From: a virus
Taxonomy: Duplodnaviria; Caudoviricetes
Virus record (IMG/VR): IMGVR_UViG_3300044723_009834
Span: 1 to 28,326 of that record
Length of the DNA stretch: 28,326 bases
Strand: one strand, 5' to 3'
The notes beneath the pieces were generated by a model. That model saw only the letters and a program-made list of their open reading frames with translations, made no database searches and was not told the DNA's origin. This document shows positions 10,574 through 20,000 of the stretch, in pieces. How positions within the stretch are numbered: position 1 is the first letter of the stretch; each line of letters begins with the position of its first letter. A program made the position numbers and the translations under genes.

Positions 10574-10978
10574 ATGCTATCTTTAGTTGATGTAAGATTA
10601 TATTGGGACGACATCCTACCCGGTATTAAAAAGATCAAGGATGAGTCACAACCGGAGTGGCGGATTGAGGATGTCTATACATCACTTGTTTCTGGGATAG
10701 CTGAGCTGTATGTTGATCTTGAACAAAGACCAAATACTAGCTTCATTGTGTTGCAAGAAAAGCCCTTGATCTTCAAACCGGGAAAAAGTTTATTGGTCTG
10801 GATTGCCCATGACGATAGGGCGGATGCAGCAAAGAAATATATGGACGAGGTTGAAATGATAGCTGAAACAAAAGGATGTTCTAAGATAGAGTTCTGGACT
10901 CCTTGGGATGGTTTAGTGAAAGCACTAAACACTAGAGGCTACAACCTTAAATATTACATAGTAGAAAAGGAGATCTAA
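10574..10978 (+). CDS. GNAT-fold acetyltransferase-like virion morphogenesis protein
   Basis: L.VWIA...... A...GC.KIEF...W.G......GY pattern; sits directly before the internal virion genes. Confidence 0.65.
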   Translation: MLSLVDVRLYWDDILPGIKKIKDESQPEWRIEDVYTSLVSGIAELYVDLEQRPNTSFIVLQEKPLIFKPGKSLLVWIAHDDRADAAKKYMDEVEMIAETKGCSKIEFWTPWDGLVKALNTRGYNLKYYIVEKEI

Positions 10979-11556
10979 TGTCAGGTGGCGGAAGCACAAA
11001 AATTAAAGATACCCCAGCACAAAAGTCATTGGCTAGAATTGCTGCACAAAGGTTTAATCTTTATCAACAGTATTTTGTACCTTTAGAAAATCAGTTTATT
11101 TCAGACGTTTTTGCAATGAAAGACCCGTCCGCTTACGAAAGCGTAGAGGGTTTTGTTAATGCAATACAACAACCTGAGTTTCAAAAGGCTCGAGGTCAAT
11201 TAGAACAACGAGCTTTTCAACAGGGCGTCGATCCAACATCTGGACAGTTTAGAGGAACATCTCAACAGTTTGCACAAACACAAGCACGAGGCATGGGTCT
11301 TGGAACCGCCGAAGCCTTATCAGGGCAAACTGATAGATACTATCAAGGACTACAAAATATTATTGCACTGGGTGAAGGACAGGCTGGTCAAACAATGTCT
11401 GGTCTTGCAGATGTTGCAGATATAGCAAGACAAAGATCTACAGCTGAAGCAAAAAGTGAGTTTGCAAGATCTTCTATGTTGGGAGAGGTTGTCGGTACTG
11501 GGCTCGGTCTCGGTGCTGGATATGCTTTTTCTAATAAATCTGGAGGTGGTGGCTAA
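10978..11556 (+). CDS. Putative internal virion/DNA ejection protein
   Basis: MSGGGS N-terminus, Q/A/G-rich helices, C-terminal GxxxG hydrophobic segment; TAATG-coupled. Confidence 0.6.
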   Translation: MSGGGSTKIKDTPAQKSLARIAAQRFNLYQQYFVPLENQFISDVFAMKDPSAYESVEGFVNAIQQPEFQKARGQLEQRAFQQGVDPTSGQFRGTSQQFAQTQARGMGLGTAEALSGQTDRYYQGLQNIIALGEGQAGQTMSGLADVADIARQRSTAEAKSEFARSSMLGEVVGTGLGLGAGYAFSNKSGGGG

Positions 11557-12092
11557 TGGCTGATCCTATAACCAACCTATTTCAAGGAGCATCTTTGGGC
11601 TTAATGCCACAAACGAGAATGAATTTTGATCTTGATCGTGGAGGATATCAGTTTGTAAACCAAGGTCAGTTTTTTGTAGACCCATATAGAACGGGAGATC
11701 AGGCTGCACAAGAAACCCTAGCAGATTTATATGAAGCAGAATATGCCGATTACTTAAACAGATTTTTTCCAGTACAACAACAGATGATCTCTGAGGTAAC
11801 AGACCAGTTTCCGGGTCTTAGACAGGAAGAAATATCTAGAGCACAACAATCTGTAGCCAAGGCTTATGCAAATATATCTGGACAACAAAGAAGAAGAATG
11901 GGTGGTTTTGGTTTAAGAGAATCAGAAAGTTTTTATAAAGATCTAGAAAGATCACAAACATCAGCAACCGTAGCAGCAAGAAATCTTGCAGCACAAAGAG
12001 CAGATGAAAGAAAAATGGAATTAATGTCTGGAAACATAGGCGGAGCCCTAGGAACCAGAGCAATCGCAACCCAAGGAGGAATAGGTGGCTAG
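11556..12092 (+). CDS. Putative internal virion protein
   Basis: Helical Q/A/R-rich protein, Gly-rich tail, coupled within the ejection operon. Confidence 0.55.
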   Translation: MADPITNLFQGASLGLMPQTRMNFDLDRGGYQFVNQGQFFVDPYRTGDQAAQETLADLYEAEYADYLNRFFPVQQQMISEVTDQFPGLRQEEISRAQQSVAKAYANISGQQRRRMGGFGLRESESFYKDLERSQTSATVAARNLAAQRADERKMELMSGNIGGALGTRAIATQGGIGG

Positions 12093-12576
12093 TTTATTAA
12101 CAACAGGTAGACAGATTAAAGGATCGGCTATGGCTGGTCTTAGTTCGGCAGCAAGATCTGAGGCTCAAACAAACATTGCAGAAGAGCAATTAAAGCAAGC
12201 AAAAGAAGCACAACAGGCTCAATTGCTTGGAACTGGTCTTGGTATTGGTGGTGCATATATGATTACCCAAGGTGCTGGAGGAGCAGCAGCCGCCGCAGGA
12301 GGAGTCCTTGCATCTCCAGTTGCTGGAGGAGCGGCAGGAGCAGCAGCCGCAGCCAACCCAGCAGCAGCAGCAATGGGATTGCAAACCGGAACAGCGGCAG
12401 CAGGAGCGGCTGGAGCAGGAGCTGGAGCTGGAGCGGCAGGAGCAGGAGCTGGAGCGGCAGGAGCAGGAGCTGGAGCGGCAGGAGCTGGAGCAGCCGGTGG
12501 TGCAACTGCATTATTAGCAAATCCTATGACTTGGGCTGTAATAGCTGGATTATATTTACTTAAAAAGGTGTTTTAA
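12085..12576 (+). CDS. Ala/Gly-rich putative ejection (membrane-active) protein
   Basis: GTG start after AGGAGG; long AGAAGAG tract and C-terminal hydrophobic helix (NPMTWAVIAGLYLLKK). Confidence 0.65.
   Translation: MASLLTTGRQIKGSAMAGLSSAARSEAQTNIAEEQLKQAKEAQQAQLLGTGLGIGGAYMITQGAGGAAAAAGGVLASPVAGGAAGAAAAANPAAAAMGLQTGTAAAGAAGAGAGAGAAGAGAGAAGAGAGAAGAGAAGGATALLANPMTWAVIAGLYLLKKVF
12403..12492 (+). repeat. 21-bp tandem repeat (GGAGCTGGAGCGGCAGGAGCA) encoding GAGAAGA
   Basis: Three near-exact copies at 12424-12486 plus degenerate flanks. Confidence 0.85.
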
Positions 12577-14087
12577 TGGCAATCGCAGACGGATTACAAA
12601 GCGGATTTAATTTTGCAATCAACGCACAAAAAATGAGGTTGCTTGATGAAGAAGAGAAAAGAAGCTCTGAAATTTTTGAATTAGAAAAACAAGAAAAGCA
12701 GGCTGATATAGATTATCGAGAATATTTAATGTCTCAAAAAGATCAGCAAAGAAAAGAAAGCGACGCCCTTATAGAAATGCGATCAGCATCTACAGAAAGA
12801 GATCAAGCATTAACAGCAACAACAAATTTTAATTTAACTCAAGCAAAAGAAAAAGCAAAACTAGATGGAAATTTAAGAAGTGTTTTAGCCTCTTATTCAA
12901 TTTTAGAAGATATGCAGGCTTGGGCAGATGATCCCGAGCTTAACAAAAGAATTAATACTCCTGTTTTCGACACATGGGCTTCTAATACTAATGGTGCAAT
13001 AGTTGAACTTAGAGAACAAGATAATGGTTACGATATTTTAGAAATATTAGATTATAAAACAGCAAGAGCTTTAAATAATTTAGCACCGATATTAGATAGT
13101 AGAGACTTTTCTCAACTGGGCGAGTCTAATTCACAAGACTTAACACAGCTGTTTAAAGGAAGTATTAATAAATTTTTAGGTAAAAAATTTCAAGATACAG
13201 ATGTACAGGGTGAAATTATTGATGTCAATCTAACTGGAAACTTTCAAGCAATTGAAAATGGTCAGAACACTTTAGTTGAAGCAAGGTATACCGTTTTAGA
13301 TAACAAAGGCAACAAAGTACAAAAAGTTGGTTTTCTTCCAGATACAACAACAAACATTATTTCTTCTGAAATAGAACCATCTGATGCAAAAGCTGTTTCT
13401 GTTGCAGATCTTGTTGATGTTGCATCTGTTACATCATCAATTTTAACCAAAGCCATGGAATCTCCAAAAATGATTGATGTTGCATTGAAGTTAAGTCAAA
13501 GAACAATCAAGGGATACTATCCCCCAGACCGAGCTGAAGACGCCAAAATTGCTGTGTATGCCGATCAAATATATAACCAATCAAGAAATGAATGGAGTGC
13601 AGCACTGGCAACATATGGTGGAGCCGATATTGGGACCACAAACTTTCAAGACCCAAAAGAAGTTGATGAGCTTCTCACAACTTTAAAAATTGGTTTTCCA
13701 GACTTACCAACGGTAACCAAAACAAGCGAAGATGGCTCACAGTTGTTAGCAATTCCTAATGGTTATGAAACTATTTTTGATTTAACTGGATCACAAATGC
13801 TTACCTTTGAGCAGGCTGAAGAGCGTGCTAGAAGAGGCGATAGTGCTCTTAACAGAAAAATATCAATCAGAACAAGACCAGAATCATATGCTTTTGGGGA
13901 TCTTACAATACCATCAGACTCTGGCAGGTCGGCATATACTGATCGCCTATCAGATCTATTTGGAGATGATATAATACAAACCCAAATTAATAATATTGAG
14001 GAAGCATTTAAAACTGAATATGGTAGAGAGATAAGAGACGAAGAGCTTCTTGATCAGCTCAATCTATTGCTAAGAAGGAGACCTTAG
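12576..14087 (+). CDS. Putative internal virion/ejection protein
   Basis: 503-aa ORF, N-terminal amphipathic segment and coiled coil, immediately before the giant protein. Confidence 0.6.
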   Translation: MAIADGLQSGFNFAINAQKMRLLDEEEKRSSEIFELEKQEKQADIDYREYLMSQKDQQRKESDALIEMRSASTERDQALTATTNFNLTQAKEKAKLDGNLRSVLASYSILEDMQAWADDPELNKRINTPVFDTWASNTNGAIVELREQDNGYDILEILDYKTARALNNLAPILDSRDFSQLGESNSQDLTQLFKGSINKFLGKKFQDTDVQGEIIDVNLTGNFQAIENGQNTLVEARYTVLDNKGNKVQKVGFLPDTTTNIISSEIEPSDAKAVSVADLVDVASVTSSILTKAMESPKMIDVALKLSQRTIKGYYPPDRAEDAKIAVYADQIYNQSRNEWSAALATYGGADIGTTNFQDPKEVDELLTTLKIGFPDLPTVTKTSEDGSQLLAIPNGYETIFDLTGSQMLTFEQAEERARRGDSALNRKISIRTRPESYAFGDLTIPSDSGRSAYTDRLSDLFGDDIIQTQINNIEEAFKTEYGREIRDEELLDQLNLLLRRRP

Positions 14088-14088
14088 T

Positions 14089-17000
14089 GTGGCAAAAGAG
14101 TATCAGTTTGGCGTCCCCCTTTTTGATGAAGAAGAGGAATTAGAGTCTTTACAACAACCAGAACCCAAAGAAGAACAATTCAAGTCTTATGAATATGGCG
14201 TATCTGTTCTTGATTCACAAAATAAAAGAGGTCCCTCTTATAAAAAACCATCTGTTGATTTAAAAACAGGAGAACTCTCCGGAGAAATTCCTAAGATCGC
14301 AAAGCCCGGAACGCTACGCAAAGCAATTGATATTGGTGGCGTTGCTTTAAAAATGATACCCAACAATGCATTAAAAATGATTAATGGGTTGCAAGACACA
14401 TATGCTAATGAATTTCTTTCGCAAGATCTAAGCTATGATCCAACCAAGCCACTTGTAGCAACATTGGGTGAGTTTGCTTTAAGCAAAGTTCCCACGATAA
14501 GAGGAGCCGCAGAAAACTTATTAAAAGAAAACGAAAAAGAGTATAAGCAATTAGAAAAAAAATTAAACAAAATATATAAAGACGCAGACTTAAGCGAAAC
14601 CCAGATGGCTGTTGCGTCTGGTCTTTCTAGTTTTGTAACCCAAGCACCTTTTCTTCTCGCAACAGCTGTTACAAGAAATCCAAAATTTGCTTATACGTCT
14701 CTTGGTTATTTTGGGTTGCAAGAAAAGGGCTTATCCTACAAAGAAGCTAGAAAGCAGGGGCTTGACCACAAAACAGCTGTAGCTAATTCAAATCTAAATG
14801 CAATGTTTGAAATTGGAACAGAGCTTATTCCAACAAAAACTTTTACAGATTCAATGCTTAAATATCTTAAGGGTAATGATCGAACAATAAGAGGGTTTTT
14901 AAAAGATGGTGCAACCACCATGATTACAGAAACAGCCTCAGAAAATCTAAACACTTTTTTACAAGAAACTAATAATGCTTTATTTGGCATACAAAATGAG
15001 TTAAGAGTTGCGTGGGATAATCAAGATAACCCACTATACAACGGACCCACTGTACCACAGGTTTTAAAAGATCAAGCCTATCTTACAACCATATCATCCT
15101 TGGTTAGCGGTGGAGCAAACGTAACCCTTCGTGGTGCGGTTCAGTATGCTGAAGATGTAAAGCAAACTCTTAAAACTAAAGATCCTATTGATGCAGAAAA
15201 TATTTTAAATCAACTTAATACTTTAGTTAGAAACAATGAAAGAACTTTTCAGGCAATGGATCTTATGGCAAGAGAGGCATTAGATATAGATTCTATTGAT
15301 GATAGTCAGTTTGATCCTTTAGATTATTTTTCTGAAAATTATATTAAGCTTGACTTAGAACAGCCTAAAGCCGGGAAAGAAAAAGAAGAAAAAACTGTTG
15401 AAAGCTTTAAAGGTCCAGCAATTAAAACTGCTGCTATGAAAGAGTTTGCCCCAACAACAACATCAATTGATGAATCAACAGATCCAAAAAAACAAGAAGA
15501 CATGCAACGTATTATGGATGACATTGCTGGGGATATAGATGTTGTGGGTCCCGTTGATATTAAAACATCAGACTTTGATATATCTCAAGAGCCTCAGCTC
15601 AAAAATATTAAAGACTTTATTGTTGATACAAGGGTTTATTCTGAAGATATGATAGAAAACATTACATCATCGAAAGAAGATTTTGTACAAGAGATGGATA
15701 GATATAGGGACTTAAGCTTACAAGAATCCTTTAATCTTTCTACTACCTTATATAGATTAGAACAGGCTGGCATGCCTCTTAATATTTTAGAAGATTTAGA
15801 TTTTATTGGTGTTTTTGGTGTTAATGAGCTTGGCGGTAGAGATCAATCGTTTAATGTTGCAGAATATCTTGTGGGTGCTAATACGCTTGGTCTAAGTGGG
15901 TTAACAAAAATTAATCGTCTTGTTGCACCCGCAGATAGGGCTTATTTAACTCATGTGATTGCACATGAGCTTGGTCATCATTTAGATTATCGTTATGGCG
16001 AGGTTGTAGATGACAAAAAAGGCGGGTCTGTAATCTTACCCCTTCATTATGATAGTCCGCTTTTTAATATACCGGAATACACAATTAAGTCTGATCCTCT
16101 AGGAGACAACGAACGCAGGGTTAAAATTGGAAAAGATGCAAGATCTCCTGTGCTAGAAATTGTTGAGGGTCAACAAGAGGGTGTCATTATACAAGAAGCC
16201 TTTAATGTATTTCAAAACATGCGTCTTCAAGTTAAGCACATGAGGCAATCAGACGGAAGATATTTTGATGGTCACCTTTTGACTTATCCATTATCTCAAT
16301 TTTCTTCTATGATGTTTGCTCGTGCTAGAGGAGATAGCAATAAATTAATTATTGACAATAATTTACAATTTCTTAAAGGAGAAATTTTTGCACAGATGCA
16401 TTCCTTGTATTACACTAACAGGGAGTTACTGGAGCAGGGTGCACCAGAAACAATAAAACTTATAAAGAGAATTTATGATGCAATTGCAATTGACGGAATT
16501 GGAAATAAAAGCGGCAGACTACTTGCAGCAGTTCTCTCACCCCGTACCAGCAGAAGTCTACAGGTCCCTGCCTCCGACAGCACTGGTCCAACTGATCAAT
16601 CAGTCACTGGAACAGAACCAGCCGGTCAAAGAGTGGGAACAGAGACAGTACCAGCAGACGGGGACCCCAGCAGATTACCAGTACAAGAATCTCAACAATA
16701 TGTAGAGATTGGACCCCTTGTTCTTAAAAAGGACAATACCTATGATGGTGCTCCTAAAAATAAATTAGGTAAATTTAAAAACACACAAAAAGATTTTGAT
16801 AATTTAGCTCAAGAGCTTGTTTCTTTTGCTGAACAAGAAGATCTATCTTTACCAGATCAAAGCAGGGACTGGTATAAAAATGCTTTAGATTCTATTGATG
16901 AGCTAACCCAAGGAGACGCCAAGCTTAAAGAAGATGTCTTGCGGATGTTTGTTATTTACTCATCACAAACACCAGTTGAAACAAACCTTGCATATGTTTT

Positions 17001-20000
17001 AAGGTCTTTAGTTTCTATGGCAAAAGAGGGCGACCCTTTGCCGGGTTTTCAACCAAAAGCTGGAGAGTATGCTAAAACAGCAATAGAGGCTGATGACTTT
17101 GGTCAAAAACTACCCGGTGTTGGTTTTAAATTACAAAGCTTTTACGACAACATGACAGGAGCAAAAACTGATTCGGTGACCATGGATACGTGGATGTTTA
17201 CCATGCTTGGATTTCAAAAAGACCAAACAAGCATTTCAAATCATAGATACGGCACATCTGTTATTCAAGAGGCTACAAGGCTGTATAACGAAAAAAATAA
17301 TGACAACATGACACCAATGCAGCTTCAAGCTGTTCTTTGGACTTATGCTAGAAATAAAAAAATGCAAGAGCAAGGCAAGCCTGCTGAATATATTGGTTAT
17401 GAAACTTATATTGATAAAGCTATGGCTACTGTTACTGGTGAAGTTATACCTAGTACCTCAATACCAGAACTTAAATTTGCAGACAGTTTAGATCCAACAG
17501 CAAAAATGCAGCTTACAAAAGAGCTGCTTGAGATAATCACCACAGAAGAAGGCAAGAATGAAATTATGAACCTTCTTCCCGGCACTGGCTTGTATAAGTT
17601 TTCACATAGTTTTGGTGCTTATGACGGAAAAATAAATCCCAATATAATAAGCAGCTTAGTATTAGAAAAAATAAGTGGATCAAAACAATTTAATAAATTA
17701 GATCTTACTTATGCTGATGATTTTTTACGAGCTTGGGGTTTTGTTTTTAGACAGGATGCAATGCCTTATTTTGTTTCTGATGAGTCAATATCTGATACAG
17801 ACATAAATGATTTATCTAATGAGTCTGTAAATATTGGTTCAGAAGTACAGCTTATAGATACACAAACAAATCAGCCTATTGAAATGACTGATGTATTAAG
17901 AAATCAAATTAATACTGAGTTGGCTAAAGAGGGAATTGATGGGTTTACACAACTAGATGCTGGCACGATTGGGTTAATTAATTTTAAATTTGATAACGCT
18001 ATTATTGAAAACTTTAATGAAAAAATAAAAGATGCTCTATCCCGTGTTAACATAGAAAATGTCAGGGCTGATATTACAGAAAATATAAAGTACAATACAC
18101 AATACCTTACAAATAATTGGGAGGAGAACCCAGATGGAAGTGAATATCTTACAGGAAGACTCGAAAAAGAAAGCATACGAGAGGGGCTTGTACGTCTCAG
18201 GACAAAGGTTGATGAAATCTACACCAAGTACAGAGAAGGAAGATATGACGACGACCCCAGCGGAGGATTCCCTACAACCAAACCAGACTCAACCACAGAG
18301 TTAAAAGAAGAATCCCAACCAGCACAAGAGCAAACACCCCCGCCGCTTAAGCCGGCAGGCATGGCACCGCCCTCAAGACCACCATCAGGTAATGAAACTG
18401 ATATTAATAATCAGTGGACTATGGGCGATGAATCAAATGCTTCTTTATTCTTGCAGAGCTTTAGAGAAAGAATTGTTAATAACTTTGATAGGGTTCTTCA
18501 AATTGAAAACAAGATTGAAGATCAATTTGGTGCTCCGGCTATGCGGGGGAAAAGAGTTACTCAAAAAACAGATCTGCATCATGGCAAAGTTAAATATGGT
18601 CTAGATGAGGCAATGAAAGATGTGGACTCTCTTCTTAAGTTTATTGTAACAAACAAAATAGATCTAAAAGACTTTAATGAATTCTTACAAAACTTACACG
18701 CACCAGAAAGAAATGATTACATAGATACTTTAAGAGAGCCCGGTAAGCCCGGCTCTGTTAAATACAAGGGCAGGGGGTCTGGCATACCAACCGAAATTGC
18801 TTTAGAAAAATTAAGATCTTTTGGTGTTGACATGATCTCTGGAGAGGCAACAGCCATTAATGAGCAAGGGGCAAAATATTTAGCTGCATTTAAAGAATTG
18901 CAAAAATTTATTGAAGGTACGATAAATATTTATGATAAAGAAGGATTGCTTGAAGAGGGCGTATCAGAAGATTGGAGGGGTCGTTATAAATATTATGTGC
19001 CGTTGGTTGGTTTTGCTTCTGATACAAGAGAAGATCAAAGACCATCTGCATCTGGCAAAGGTATGACCATATATGGACCCGAGTTAAAAAAAGCAAAAGG
19101 AAGGGTTTCTATATCTGGTCCTCCGTTTGAGCAAGCAATCATACAAAGACAGAACGCTGTAGTGCGAGCAGAAAAAAACATTGTTGCAAAACAATTTGCA
19201 AATCTTGCTAGAGAATTTCCTAATCCTGAAATGTATGAAGTTATTGAAGACGCTCCACAAATTCAACCAAAACTTACCGACTGGAATCCAGACAAAGGAT
19301 CTTATGTTGGATTTAAAGAAGACGGCAAGATTAAATATGTGCATATCTTTGATGAAAGACTTGCAAGAGCCTTTCAGGGATGGTCAACATCAGACATACA
19401 TGGATTAACAAGAATGGCTTTAGGATTTACAAGATACTTATCTTTAATAAATACTGCTTATAACCCAGAGTTTATGGTAACGAATGCTATGCGAGACATT
19501 CAAACTGGATTTTTTAATTTGCTGGCAGAGCAAGAAATCCCCGGCGGTAGAGCTGAAGGTTTAAAAATTGCAAAACAAGCCTTTAATCCAAAAACTTTAA
19601 CATCGAGAATGAAAGATTTTTACAGGGGGGCTAGAGGTAAAAATATTAAAGATAATGAAATACAAAAAATGTATGACGCTTTTATTAAAGCTGGTGCCCC
19701 AACAGGATATATTGATCAACCCACTATAGAAGATTTAACCAAAAATTTAGATAAACTAATTGCAATGCATCAAGGAAAAGTTGGGAGAAAATTAGCCAGC
19801 ATTTCTTATGAGCCCGTACTGAATCTTATATATGACTCAAATACAGCAATTGAAAATGCTGCAAGGTTTTCTGTCTTTATTGAATCAATTAATGCTCAGG
19901 GCGGTTTAAATAAAGTAGACGAACAAACTATAGAACAAGCCGCAGTGTTAGCCAAAAATTTAACTATAAACTTTAATAGAAAAGGAACTTGGGGACCGGG

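Noticed and set aside
12190-12520. Poly-Cys, poly-Leu and ELERQEQ ORFs
   Set aside because: Alternate-frame readings of the Ala/Gly GCA/GGA repeat.
17345-17491. Possible third nested +1 ORF after the HhH domain
   Set aside because: Leu-rich shadow composition, no RBS, no GC rise, overlaps a well-formed main-frame domain.
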